From NCBI GenBank assembly GCA_964016885.1, contig OZ024740.1, positions 57,288,001 through 57,352,000 of the forward strand: a stretch of DNA of 64,000 bases, in the 5' to 3' direction. The DNA is from Eledone cirrhosa. Lineage: Eukaryota. Made by a program: the position numbers and the translations under genes. The notes beneath the pieces are model-generated. The model was not told where the DNA came from. It was given only the letters and a program-made list of their open reading frames with translations, and searched no databases. This document shows positions 32,255 to 45,825 of the stretch, piece after piece. Numbering within the stretch: the first letter of the stretch is position 1; each line of letters starts with the position of its first letter.

Positions 32255-33400
32255 TTGCTTCAAGAAAACTTCAATACTCTCTTATCCTTACACCTGAGCC
32301 AGGAATTGTTTGCATCCGTAAGAGAACTGTTTAGACTGTCGGAGAAATGGGCCAATGCTGGCTGTCAAATTATTTTCCTGAAACGCTGCCTAAAAAACGA
32401 TGTCATCTCCAACATCTGCAGTATCTCGCCCATGGTTTTTGCATCGTCCTGGAGTGGGCCATTTTCATCGACTAGGGGGCCTACAATGGAGACGGTGACC
32501 TTGTGTTTTTTAGCGATTTAGAAGAACACTTTGGGGTTGAGTTTGATTTTCTCAATGGCCCAGATATTCTCTGGCCCAGATATTCCCAGATATTCTCAAT
32601 GGCCCAGATATTCCCAGATTTTCTCAATGGCTTCAGATATTCTCTGGTTATTGATCATGGTCATCTTGCATTGCTGGAGGTTATATTTTTTTGACTCAAG
32701 CAGAGTGATAGCCATTGAATGTGTGTGTTGCTGTTGGCAGTATTTTTGTCTGTTAATTTTTTTGTTTGTTCTTTTTATTTTTCTGATAATTGTTTTTCTC
32801 TTTTGGGGGATACTGCACTTGGTTTTGTTCACAGGTTTTGGTGGGGTGTGTTTTGTACATATATTTGTGACAGTGTCTACAAAAATATGCCAAGATGTTT
32901 TAATGTTGGTGGAAGTGTGTATGTGTGTAAAAGACCAGTCGACATGTGATAGTTCGTTCATAATTGCATCCCAGTTGGCATTGTAGAGATCCATGTTATC
33001 AAATGGGTCGGCTGGAGAGAGGACCCTGGGATTAGCTTTCGGCTGGGGGAATCTCGGGTTACAAAGAACCATGTCATGGTCTGAGAGAAGGGTTTTTTCC
33101 ACTGTAATGTTATGTATAGTGTTAGTGTGGTTACAAAACACTAGATCCAGAATGTTCTTCTGATGCCTCGTTGGTGCAAGGACAAGTTGGGACAAGAAAA
33201 ACTCATTCATGAAGTCAAGAAGTGACTCGACAGCCTCTTTGTCAGTGGTTGAGGCTGTGGAGCCTGGTTTCAAACTACATGTAGACCAATCGGCACAGGT
33301 AGATTAAAGTCTCCCATCAAATGTATGTTGCTAGAATGGCACTGTTTAATAAAGCATTTAATACTGTTGAGGCATTCTTTGAAACAGATTATGGGTGTGA
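32255..33400 (-). pseudogene. Degenerate internal fragment of the CR1-group family at 54441-58508
   Basis: [40 protein letters not shown] aligns with ORF 54793-56184 and the start of 56221-58419. Confidence 0.85.
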
Positions 33401-33419
33401 ACCAATATTTATATATATT

Positions 33420-33472
<53 letters not shown>

Positions 33473-33577
33473 TTATATATGAATGAAGTAATTCCGTCGG
33501 AAAAGTCCAGGAAAAAAGAGTGCTCTATGTAGGTAACAGAGCTTCATAGTTATGTAATAAACAACATAAGGCAATTA

Positions 33578-33637
33578 TTCCATTTACCAGTGGTTTCTTA
33601 AAAGCAAAAAATGTTGCTTTCAATCCTCAGAATGAAA
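33578..33637 (-). ncRNA. Type I hammerhead ribozyme, family G
   Basis: tttcatt-CTGAGGA-ttgaaagcaa..ttgcttttaa-GAAA-ccactgg-TA-aatggaa; GUA site. Confidence 0.83.
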
Positions 33638-33996
33638 AAATCCTGGTCTGTTTATTGAATTTGGATTTTAAAAACAAAAATGCAATCTATATGAAAGTGA
33701 GGCTGGAGAAAGAAGAAGGAAAGGAAAAATAAAATAAAACCACACATGCAAACACACACACAAACACAAAAGCATACATACACACACACATATATATGTA
33801 TATATATATATATACATACACTCATACATACACACACACATATACACATATATATGTGTATATAAATACACACATACACATACATATACACATACATACA
33901 TACGCACATAAATATCAACACATCCATACATACACATACATATATACAACCACACACACATATATACACATATATATATAGAGAGAAATATAAATA

Positions 33997-34038
<42 letters not shown>

Positions 34039-34650
34039 CATGCATACACATACACATATATATACATACATACATATATATATACATGCATACACATACA
34101 CATACATACACATACATATACATACATACATACATACATACATGCACACAATCATACCTATATACACACGTACATACATACAGATACATAAATGCGTACA
34201 TATACATGTACAAAATTAGAAAAATATACACTCCTCTACATATTCACACACGCAAATAAATATAAGAAAAAATATATATAAAAAAATAAAATAATAAAGA
34301 TTATTATACAGTTGACAGCGATACAAACAACGGGTAGATGAACAGACACGTGTGGTAAGCAATACACACAAATGCACGTACACATACGTACGAAAAGGTA
34401 AATACATACACACACTCTCACACATAAATATACATATACAAATACATAAACACATGCATACACATACACAAATACATACACAAACACGCACACACACACG
34501 TATACAATTATACACACACATATACACATACATATATATATATATATATAAATACACACACACATACACACACACATACATACATAGCTATACAATTATA
34601 CACATACATATACGTACATATCATAAACACGCACAACCAAATACAAACAC

Positions 34651-34698
<48 letters not shown>

Positions 34699-34792
34699 GA
34701 GTGTGTGTGTAAAACTCAATCTTAGATAATTCATATGAACCTTACATATACATATATATAGTAGTAATGTAATAAGCAACATAAGGCAATTA

Positions 34793-34853
34793 TTCCATAC
34801 ACCAGTGGTTTCTTAAAAGCAAAATAATTTTACCTTCAATCCTCAGAATGAAA
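34793..34853 (-). ncRNA. Type I hammerhead, family G, with GUG at the cleavage site (predicted inactive)
   Basis: Same core; stem II changes keep pairing through G.U; triplet is GUG. Confidence 0.68.
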
Positions 34854-35097
34854 AAAACCTGGTCTATCTACTTATACATATATATACACACATATATATA
34901 TATATACACACACACACACATACATACACATACATATTGGTATGTGAAGGGTAAGGCAAAAAGAATATATGGAGGGGGGAAGACATAGGAAAAGGTGAAA
35001 TATAAGGGGAGATAAGGGAGAAAAAAATACAAGAGTACAGAACGTGGATTCAGCAAATAAAAAAAACCGTAGCAGAAGTAAAGAGCGGAGAAGTAGT

Positions 35098-37040
35098 TCA
35101 AGGCAGTTGATTTATCATAGGAGTGTCAATCCAGTTACAGATCAGATGTGATTTCAGATGAAGACAGCATCTGAAGATCTCAGTCTTTGAGTTAAGGCAA
35201 GCGGAAGTGGCTCTCAAGTTTAGCAAAATCCTATATTTTTCTGTGGTACACAAAGAACAATTCGTTGTGCCCCTTTGGTACTCCCTCGAATGGTCTAAGA
35301 TAGACCAATCGATAGAGTACGGGATGTTACTATCCTTGAATTCCCACACCTTACTTGCGAGGGCCGTTGATGTTCGTTTATCGGAGTGCTTAAAAGAAGC
35401 GACATGTGAGTAAAATCTGGTTTTAAACCTGTCCTTGGTCATACCGACATATCGCTCACTCCTGGCTGGCTGGTTGTTGATTACCGGTGTTATTTTAGCC
35501 TCATAAACAACAGATTTGGTGTTACATTTACCCTGCAATGGGCATTCATCCGGCTTCCTGCAACTGCATCCTGGATTTGTTCTAGTATGATTTGAACTGG
35601 TGATCTTGGACTTCATAGTTGGGCAACAAGAGTAACTGATCTACGTTCCTATTAAATATCTTATAATATCTATGATTAGGAGGAAAATGTTTGTCTAAGA
35701 GTTCAAGGAATTTCCTTCCTACATTAGTTTTGACAGTTAGAGAGAAGGGGGGTGTGAACCAAATAATTTTCCTTTTCCTGTTATTGTGGTTAGTTTTAGG
35801 GGGGGGGGGGTAAATAAGAAATGTTTTCTGTAAAACCGCTGTTCTTAAGGGCTTTATTAAAAATCTCTATAGACGAAGATAAGGTAGAAATCCTACGACT
35901 ATTGTTAGGAATAAGATTATTAAAAACTATAGGGGGATGGCAAGACTCTTTGTGTATATACCTAAGATTTTCATTAGGTTTATGATAGGGTTTAAAAGAG
36001 GCGGTATGTAGATCAAGATTAATATCAAGAAAGTTAGCATTAGTAAGGTTCGTATCTCTAGTGATTTTAAGGTTAAGATTAGCAAAAGTATTGATTAAAT
36101 CTTTACGGAATTTATCAAGGTTATGGCCGTTGGTGGTATGAGAAACTGCTAATCCGTCATCACGGTATAAACCAATATTATGGGAAGGAAATTTCTCTTT
36201 GAGGGTGTGGAGAAGGAATAATCCTACTAAGTCACACACATCCGCACTGTCATATGAACCCATTGCAACATCAAAAGAGTTTTCAGTGTTTGACTTTTTA
36301 ACCCAAATATTTTCATTAGTAAAGAGTAAAGTTTTTCTAGCATGAAAGATAATGTCTTCTTCTAATTTAGAAATATTAATGAAGGATCTTGCAAAATCTA
36401 AGGCATTAGTTAATAAGGAAACAGTAATAGAGGGGTAAAAATCGACAATATCAAATTGGGTAAATCTACACTTATTTTTACCTTGTATATTATTAAACCA
36501 AGAAATAACAGAGGAAGTATTTAGCCACTGTGATAGGTCAGGTTAGTTCTAATTTGGAGAATTATTTTTCTTAAGATTTTTTTACTTGCAAAGCCAACTT
36601 CGGATTTAGCCGGGTTAATCAGTCTACAACTAGGTCGATTAGTAAAGTCCAATTTATGGTCTTTAAGGGTAATATATTCTTTACGCTTAGCTAGGCTTTC
36701 AATCCGGTTGTCTAATTTTAAAAAACTAGCTAGTTCTTTAGCTTCTTTATTGATAGTATTGTAGGTATTATTATTAGTTAATTGATATTTGTTGGTAATA
36801 CTATTAGTTAAAAGTTGGTTATACAAAGTACTATTAACTTCAAAGAGATTTTTAGTTTTATCAGAAAGAACAAAGGTGTTTGTAGAATTTCTAAAATTAG
36901 AAATATCGTTGGATAGTTTAGTTTGAAAGTTATTATTGTACTTAAGAAATTTGATATCACTAATTAGATTAACAAGGTCTAATTCGAAACTGGCCTTGTC
37001 TTTAATTCTAGGTGGATTTTTACGGGATTTGATGTCAATA
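35098..37040 (-). pseudogene. Frameshifted PLE RT + GIY-YIG
   Basis: ITLKDHK..CRLINPAKSE, FDIVDFYPSI, MGSYDSADVCDLVG, GLYRDDGL, NFLDI, CSCRKPDECPLQGKC, YVGMT..FKTRFYSH, CSLC. Confidence 0.9.
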
Positions 37041-37044
37041 TATT

Positions 37045-37078
<34 letters not shown>

Positions 37079-37099
37079 ATATAAATAAATATATATATT

Positions 37100-37133
<34 letters not shown>

Positions 37134-38241
37134 TATATATATATATATTTATATATATATATATATGTATATATATATTTATATATAACGGCGATGAATT
37201 ATAACAATATTTATATATATATATAACAATATATATATATATATATATAACAATATTTATATATATATATATAGTCAGGGTTCACCTTCATTTTATGCTG
37301 TTCTGTGTTTAAGAATCAATTCGCCAAAAAACACCTTACCTATCTATATGCCTGTATAACTCTATGGCTGTTAATTTATTTTCCTGTGTACTTAGGTGTG
37401 AAGCCCTAGTGGTTTGAACATTCATGAAGAATTCAGGAACAGAAATATCAAAGACATTGAATGAAGCCAAATAATTTTGCCAGTGCAGTCATATCTATTA
37501 TCTTTCCTTTCGCGAATGTCAGAACAAATTTCACTGAATATAATGTAATATGTCAGAAAAAGTTGAGATTTCAAACACCTTCTACAATCTATACGAATTA
37601 CTCCACCTAACTGTGAAGGTGTATGGACGAGTAATAGTATATAATCCATGTACAGCGCATTAGCAAGGACGGGAAATTGGAAGAATCATTAGAGGGTTTA
37701 GAAGAATCGTGGAAATTAGTGGGAGTGAGATTAAATGTGTTTTATTATATCTTGTTTAATGTTTCAAAGTTCTGAGTTCAAATCAGAATACATCCAAATC
37801 TCACCACGTCACTTATTGTGTATTGGTAAAAACAAAATATATGATTTAGTTTGGGGTGGCGATAATTGACTAAAACCACCGCTTTTTGTACCCAAGAAAG
37901 AAATGATTTATAAACCTTTTAGAATTTTAGGAGTAAAATCAAGAATCCGAAGGAACTGATAAGGGCAAACCTGTCAACTCTCCCCGTCCGACGTGGAGAT
38001 CTCTCACCCACTTTCGGATGGGTGAGAGATGTCTTCTTGTGTGAAAATGGGTATAGCTTTCATTATGTAAAATCTCCACATTTTGCCGCATTTTTCCCCG
38101 TTTTGGAGCACTTTTTTTCATGGTACTCTCCATTTGGGTTTTCAGAGGTTGGCAGGTCTGTAAGGGATTGTGACAACAAAAATGGTAATCAAACATTAAA
38201 ACACACACACATACACACGTGTGTGTGTGTGTGTGTGTGTG

Positions 38242-38309
38242 TATTGGGTCATCAAGTATGAAATTTGTCGAAAAACAACAAATTTCTACAAATTTCATAC
38301 GACCCAATA
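38242..38309. mobile_element. Tiny palindromic Tc1/mariner-type MITE remnant
   Basis: tattgggtc..gtatgaaatttgt / acaaatttcatac gacccaata inverted arms with TA at both ends, inside (TG)n. Confidence 0.45.
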
Positions 38310-39179
38310 TGTGTATGTGTGTGTGTGTGTATATATACATACACTCACACACACACATACACACACACCGAAGAAACTTATGGTCTGCGGTCGGCACAAA
38401 TTATACATTGAAGTTCATGAGTTTGAATGCAGGCCAGAATATAGTTGGGCAGGTGAGCCAGTTGGCATGGGCCAATGATTCTGAGTGGGCATACTCATTC
38501 TGTGAGAAGCAAATGAATAGACCTTAGAAAAGAATTAACTTTCGATTATAAATTGTAAGTACATCCTGTACACTATATGTTTATAAGTTATTCTCCTTGT
38601 AGAATTTATCAGGATAGGGTCGGAAGAGAACATATGGAAGTTAGATAGAGTAGGCTTAATATAGAGGATGATAAGGAGGCAACTCTCCTCGGGCTGTAGG
38701 CTGTATATTAAAATATGAATGGGAGGACTGAAGACAGGCGCGTTCCTCTTCGATCAAGGGCTCGTCAACTTTCTTTAACGTTTTAGTTGGAAAGATTGGT
38801 GAAAGCAGTGAAAATGGCAAGAGTAAATAAGCCTAGTCTTAGCATTCACCAGTTATTTATAGAATAACAGTTGGAATAGGCCTCTTGCCCTTAGTGATTC
38901 TGGATTTACTTTGTACCTCAGTTGTCCCTAAGTAGAGCTCCTCTTGTAGCAGGAAAGCTGAATACCATATGTACATACTATATATACTTTTTGTCTCATC
39001 TTTTTTCCTATCTGATGTCTATGTAAAATCACAAACTATCGATAGTCGATATATCCCAGACCTTATTCGCTTAACGAGTGGGGTGGAGCTCATCAAATCG
39101 GACCGAGAAAACAATGTTTCCATTGGTCTTTCCAATTGCTAATACTATCTGTATCTGCTAATACTATCTGCTAATACTC

Positions 39180-39282
39180 CAGGCAGAAGGAGCAACGTGA
39201 AATAAAGTGTCTTGCTCAAGGACATAACGCTTCGACCGGTCTGGGGATCCAATTCTGTAACCACTCAGCCACGTGCCTTCAC
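39180..39282 (-). mobile_element. tRNA-derived SINE 5' fragment (cephalopod-type)
   Basis: Reverse complement reads gtgaaggcacgtggctgagtggtta (A box)..gcgttatgtccttgagcaagacactttatttcacgttgctcc; related to 45495-45590. Confidence 0.65.
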
Positions 39283-39903
39283 ACAATATGTACTCTGTTT
39301 TTCTAATGTTATCTGACGCTTCGGTGGCAAATCATTTTTTTTTTTTTTTGGTACCTGATCTGTTAAGACGACTAAGGATTTATTCCAGGATTTCCCGCAG
39401 ATATTTATGATTAACTGAATTAAATATATTTTCTTGGTGGATTTATTTCACACACAGACTTTTACTAAGATATTGGAAATTATCTCTGTAAGTAGAATAT
39501 GACAACACATTTGGTGTTTTGAAGAATTTAATTTTTCTTTTCACTCACACTGCCATAAATTTTTATAATGTTATGTCTCCACATGCAATCCAACAAAACA
39601 GCACATAAACAGAACAAAACAAATATATGTGAACACACAAATTTACCAGCTGCAGAGGATGGAAAAAATAATGATATTTTACGAAAAGACAATTCTACAG
39701 ACAACAATAACATTCACAAATAGAAATGTTCTACAACCAACTTCATTTTCTGTGTTTGCAAATATACTTTTAGAAAAAAATCTTTGTATGAAACATTTCG
39801 AGGAAAGGATAACTAACCTATTACTTAAACACGAGAACGAAAAATGTTGCATACCTGTGTTTGACGAAAACCACTGAAGCTTTATTATTTCCAAAGAACC
39901 AAA

Positions 39904-40092
39904 GGGCGGTGAATTGGCAGTATTGGTAGAGGGTTAGACATGCTTTCCAGCGTAGTTACGTCCCTTTACGATCTGAGTTCAAATCCCGCCGAGGTTAACT
40001 TTGCCTGTCATCCTTACGGGGTCGATAAAATAAAGTACCAGTAATGTACTGAGTAATTGCTGGCCTTGTGCCTATAAATAGAAACAATTATT
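39904..40092 (+). mobile_element. tRNA-derived SINE (abundant Octopus-type family)
   Basis: ggcggtgaattggcag start, B box gagttcaaatcc, core gccgagg..actttgcct.tcatcctt.cggggtcgataaaat.aagtaccag. Confidence 0.75.
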
Positions 40093-40504
40093 TCCTAAGA
40101 ACCAGTTAGAAGCAACTTTTGCGAATATATTGTAAGGCATTTTGTTCGACACTTTAGTGATTCTACCAATCTAAATTTTAGCAACTAAAGGTAATTACAA
40201 CCGTTTGGCCAAGCTGCGTCCACACTGCTAAAATATCAGTTGTTAGTTCGCATATTGTTTCATGCTTTGTATGCTGTTGCTGTTTATCACCAAGTCAATT
40301 ATTTGTTTATGACTGTTGTAGCCCATTATCTCTAATTTTAAATGGTATTTTAAGGCTGCAATTATGTAAATTATTTCCTCAGATGTAGTTATGTCACCAT
40401 ATTTTTAATAGCTTCGTTCAAGAAAAACATGCAGTGTGCATGATCATCTTCAAAGCCTCTGAGACTAGTGTGAGGAAAGAAGGAAGGAAGGGAGGGAGAA
40501 GGAT

Positions 40505-43500
40505 TGTATTCTTATTGAGTCGCTTCACCACACCCATGCCGTGTTGCGCACAGAGCCTTGACTGGAGTGTTAAGGTTTCAAGGTCGTTAAGTGTGCATGA
40601 ATCTTCATGATTGGGGAAAACTTGAAGGTGCTCCATAGTTTGTAATTGCCACACATTGGCAGTTGGAATCACCATCGATGGCATATAGCCATTTCTGAAG
40701 GTTGGGTCTACAACTGTTCGAAGGCGATTTAGACAGGACCAGAGGTGCCATGCGTGACTAGAGCCAGGAGGGATTGGGATTCTGTTGGGCTAAGAGAGAA
40801 CCTGTGTTCCACGTTGTTAAGGTAACTGCACTACAGGGACTAGAAGCTCTGTTGTTCAGTGGTTCGACTGTGTAGAAAACTGTGTCTTGACTTGAGTCTC
40901 TTTGTCATTGGTACACAGTCGTGGAGTGGATGATGATGGTCAGTTTCCTGCTTCAACTTCTCAAGTTGGGAGTGGACTGTCCTTATTATGTGAGGGGAGC
41001 AATGTTACTAAGCAAATAAAGGTCAACCCCTTTGGTTGGCTTGAGACACGCAGTGATTGATCTGCAAGAGGCGTTTAGGGCAGGGTCGATTTTCTTTGCA
41101 TGTGATGATCTGCTCCACACTGGTTAGGTATATTGTGCTGTGGATTAGCAAAGGGCTAGGGCTGTGGTGCGGACTGTACTGGCATTGACACCTCATTCGA
41201 TTTTAGCCAGCTGATCCGACCTTGGCTTTAGTCTTTGCAATATCGTCCTTGTATGTAAGGGACCGGTCCAGAAAGACCCCAAGTTAGATAGGCCTGGGAG
41301 TGTACTCTAACCGTTTTCCATACTAGTTGATCTTGAGCTGGCGGTTAGCTTCCCTTTTCTGTAAGTAGAAGGCACAGATTTGAATCTTGTCAGGGTTGCC
41401 TCGAAGATTGTTGACATCATAGTATCGAGTAGGGCCACCCAGAGCACTAGTGAGTGAGGTCTCAACTCCCTCGAAAGATTGCTTCTGGGATGCAATGCAG
41501 AGATAATCTGCATAGAGGAAGTTCCTAGTATTTGGGTGGATGGGTTGATCATTTGTGTAGGTATTAAAGAGGAGGGGAGTAAGCATGCTACCTTGAGGGA
41601 GGCTATTCTTCTGTGACTGCCATCGGCTGCGTTTCCTGTTGAGGTCCACAAAGAATCGTCTGTTTGACATGTTCCTGACAAGGAGAGTGAGCTTCAAGTC
41701 CCCAGTCATCTCACAGCTTCTCCGTGAGGATCCTGAGGTTGACAGTGTCATAAGGTGCAAAGAGATCAACGAATGCAGCACCAGTGATCTCACCCTTATC
41801 AAACCATCTTCAATGAATTATGTCAGGTTCAAAAGTTGACTAGTACAAGACGTTCCCGTTCTGAAACATGCCTGTTCTGGAATGACCTTAGTATCTATGG
41901 ATGGGCCCGGACGGTGTAAGATGAGGCGTTCAAAGTGTAGGTGTAGCATAGGAGGCAGATTGGCTTGTAACTCTTAGGGCTGGCGAGATCTTTACCGGCT
42001 TCAGTGATACTATTACTTTAACTTTCTTTCATATATTTGAAATCTTGGAGCTTATACATTCATTGATCATCTCAAGAAGCCATGGGAGGGCAACTTAATC
42101 TGCTCAGCAAGGATATCGTTGAGACCTGCAGCCTTGTTTTTCATGGCTTTGATTGCTACATCCAATTCATTTCTTGTGAAGGGCATTATGCAGCCGGAGA
42201 GTTCTTGGTTGGGTACGTCTAGTATCTTGGGCAAATCTGGCCATCGAGGATGTTGATTGGGTTACCTCAGCTATTGGGTAGTAACTGGTGGGAGACCTGG
42301 TTTGCTGTAACTTGAGACCTTGGCTGAGACTTTATGTAGTTATTTCCCAAAATCCGTATAGTCTTCCAGGATTTCCTGCTGCTATATGTCATGTCTGCAC
42401 TTTCAATCAACTCCTGCTACTTCCTCCGCCTTGCCTCCATGATAGAGTTGGTCAGGGTATCTCCGCATTCCATGGTGTCAATACGAAATGGGTCGTCTTC
42501 AAAAAGTTTGTTGTACTCTTCATAAACCTTCTTTGCATTGTTGGAGAGACCCTGGATGTAGTTGGCGCGATATCCTCGAGGAATATTCTTCCTAGATGAA
42601 GCCTTGAGAAACTCGACGAAAGCATCGTATTTGTTGGGGGTAACAAGTATATCAGTAATAGACGAGTCCAGGTCATATGGGAAGCTCCTCCAGTCAGCCT
42701 TATTCAGGTTGAAGCGCCGCCTGAAGGGAGTAGTGCGATGTGAGATGACAGCATTCATCTTCAGACCAATAGGTATGAGTATGAGGAATCGAGTTTAGTA
42801 CAAACTTCTCACAATGATTTGCGATGGTTGTTGAGGCAAAGATCGCCTTCTATACTTTGAGCTTTTGAAGGATGGAAGTAGCTTTGCATCGTGAATGAAT
42901 GTCAGTTGAGTTGTGTCAGCCCAGTTCTCTAGAAGATTGCCATCTTCGTTAGTTTCAGCATAGCCTAGGTGATAATGTAGCTGTTAAAGTCACCTATGAC
43001 TACGTTGATGCAGCCATTGGTTACATCAGGTCGAATGTTGAGTATTGTAGGTGGTTTGTAGACAGAGCTCACTAATATTCCCACGGTGTCGATGAAGAGG
43101 ACCTCTATATCATTTGTCACAGATAACCTGTTAACTAATAGACCATCCCGGATGAAGATCGCACTTCCATACTGGTCATGAGATCTCTCATTAACAAGTT
43201 TCATGCCAGAAATTCGTGGGCTAATGCAGGCAGAGCCGCGTTGTGTCTCTTGAAGGCATAGGATGTAATATCTGTGTTGGATATACATGTCCACCAAGAG
43301 ATCTTGCTTAGAACCAGTGAGACCTTCAATGTTAGATGAGAAAATGCTCAAGGCTGGTCATCAACACTGGGTCTCGGGATATCATAATGATAAAAGTCTG
43401 GCAGATAAAGTCAGTAGCGTAAGTGTAGCGTGTAGCGTGCAGTACAGTAGTATATAGCATGTAGTGTAATGTGAGGAAAAGATTGGCAATGAGAGAACTC

Positions 43501-43540
43501 CTCTGACCGCAACGTGAACGTTCCTCCAATGGTTCCCACG
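40505..43540 (-). mobile_element. Near full-length but heavily decayed non-LTR retrotransposon, Ingi/Vingi-like (APE + RT)
   Basis: NIEGL..LCLQET..YGSAIF, VYKPP, GDFNS; RRRFNLNKADW; LPQGSMLTPLLFNTYTNDQP..FLYAD; C-terminal QTMEHL; many stops and frameshifts. Clade recognised from memory. Confidence 0.72.
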
Positions 43541-44051
43541 ATGATGATGATGATCACTGTGCATTGCAAACCAATAAACCTGTATATATGCTTCAAACCG
43601 ACCTGGTCTTCATAACCAAAACTATCAAATCTTCGACTCACGAACTACAATGACACATTTATGTAGTCACTCGAAATTAAGTCAAATTACATCCTATCTT
43701 TTTTTGCTGTTTTTTTTTTTTTATAAAAGGAAACCAAAGTAACTTTTGATATGCAGACAGCTGGAATCATCACGGTTGGAACGCCTTTTATCATGATTCT
43801 GTTGTATCAGTGTCCAACTTGACCGACGTTTTCCAATGTCTTTGAAGCCTTTTCACTTTTGTTTTGCACGATTAAAACTAAAGTAGGGAATGAACTGTGT
43901 GGAGAAAATGTCGGTCATACCTCGGCGGAATAAAAAAAAAAAAGAGAAAAAAAAAATGAAAAGAAAAAGAATAATTGAAAACCCTTTCCTCAGAAAATTG
44001 TCTGAACCTGAAATAATTTGATTTCAATATCTTGATTAACTGAACTAATTA

Positions 44052-45150
44052 TCATCATCATGGCTGTCGCTACCACAGCTACCATCATCGCAGTCGCTAC
44101 CACAGCTACCGTCATCGCAGTTGCTACCACAGCTATCGCCATCGCTACCACAGCCACCGTCATCGCCATCGCTACCACAGCTACCATCATCGCAGTCGCT
44201 ACCACAGCCACCGTCATCGCCATCGCTACCACAGCTACCATCATCGCAGTCGCTGCCACAGTTACCGTCATCGCAGTTGCTACCACAGCTACCGTCATCG
44301 CCGTCGTTACCACATCTACCGTAATCACCATCGCTACCACAGCTACCGTCATCGCAGTTGCTACCACAGCTACCGTCATCGCAGTTGCTACCACAGCTAC
44401 CGTCATCGCCATCGCTACCACAGCTACCGTCATCGCAGTTGCTACCACAGCTACCGTCATCGCAGTTGCTACCACAGCTACCGTCATCGCAGTTGCTACC
44501 ACAGTTACCGTCATCGCAGTTGCTACCACAGCTACCGTCATCGCCATCGCTACCACAGCTACCGTCATCACCGTCGTTACCACATCTACCGTAATCACCA
44601 TCGCTACCACAGCTACCGTCATCGCCATCGCTACCACAGCTACCGTCATCGTCATCGCTACCACAGCTACCGTCATCGCCATCGCTAACACAGCTACCGT
44701 CATCACCATCGCTACCACAGCTACCGTCATCGTCATCGCTACCACAGCTACCGTCATCACCGTCGCTACCACAGCTACCGTCATCACCATCGCTACCACA
44801 GCTACCGTCATCGTCATCGCTACCACAGCTACCGTCATCGCTACCACAGCTACCGTCATCACCGTCGCTACCACAGCTACCGTCATCACCGTCGCAACCA
44901 CAGCTACCATCATTGCCATCGCTACCACAGCTACCGTCATCACTGTCGCTACCACAGCTACCGTCATCACCGTCGCTACCACATCTACCGTCATCACCAT
45001 CGCTACCACAGTTACTGTCATTGCCATCGTTACCACTGCTACCATCATCACCGTCGTTACCACAGCTACCGTCATCACTGTCGCTACCACAGCTACCGTC
45101 ATCACCGTCGCTACCACATCTACCGTCATCACCATCGCTACCAAAGCTAC
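44052..45150. repeat. 27-bp minisatellite (consensus gctaccacagctaccgtcatcgccatc), about 40 copies
   Basis: Direct reading; 9-residue periodicity in the overlapping ORFs. Confidence 0.95.
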
Positions 45151-45494
45151 TGTCATCGTTGTCTCCTTCGCAGCTGCCGATATCTACACCGCTATTGTCG
45201 TCGTAATTGTCATCATCAATCAGACGGTGTAAAAAAATGTTTTAAAAAAATAGGTTTTATCATATTTTGATAAAATGACTGGGTTTTTAATTTTGCATTA
45301 CAATATAAATCAGGTTTTCGAAGCATATGCCTAATGAATGTAGTAGAGTTTCTTTATTCCTTCGACGTTAGTGATATATCAGTGTATGAATGCTGGCATG
45401 CACCATAGAGTATTTGCTCACCAACAGTCCTAAAAGAACATATTGTACGAATAAACAAACTCTGTTACATGTATTGAGGCCTTTTTTTCCTTTG

Positions 45495-45590
45495 AAGGTT
45501 ACAAATTCGATTACCGGCACCACTTTGTGTCCTTGAACAAAACACTTTGTTTCACGCTGTTCTAGTTCATTCAGCTGGCAACAATGGTCT
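45495..45590 (+). mobile_element. SINE fragment (same family as 39180-39282)
   Basis: ttcgattaccgg..ttgtgtccttgaacaaaacactttgtttcacg. Confidence 0.55.
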
Positions 45591-45825
45591 CCAGCATGGA
45601 AACACTTTCTTCCCTCTAGTAGGAAGCTGGATTTGAAATCATGAGGTCTTGGATTGTACTATAATTCTAAGGATCATCTTTGCCATACGTGTAACATTAA
45701 ATTTCTGCGAGCTTTTCAATTTTTATTTACTATGCTGAATCTCAAAAACCTTTCTATTACTTCTGTATTGTATTTATTTACTTTGTTCTTAACTCTGAGA
45801 TTCATTCGGTCTCCTAGTTAGAATT

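Larger units (their letters stand above)
33481..37040 (-). mobile_element. Penelope-like element (Hydra-clade-like, family G) with two hammerhead-bearing repeats in a microsatellite-rich 3' region
   Basis: RT/GIY-YIG pseudogene plus direct repeats 33550-33650 and 34766-34866. Confidence 0.82.

Noticed and set aside
37270-38560. Possible host exons in the unique-looking segment
   Set aside because: The candidate acceptor near 37395 leads to stops in all frames; no supported ORF
39528-39894. Hydrophobic minus-strand frames as a membrane-protein exon
   Set aside because: Several stops, no recognisable motif, and explained by T-rich composition
39904-39990. tRNA gene
   Set aside because: A/B boxes only, no cloverleaf; it is a SINE head
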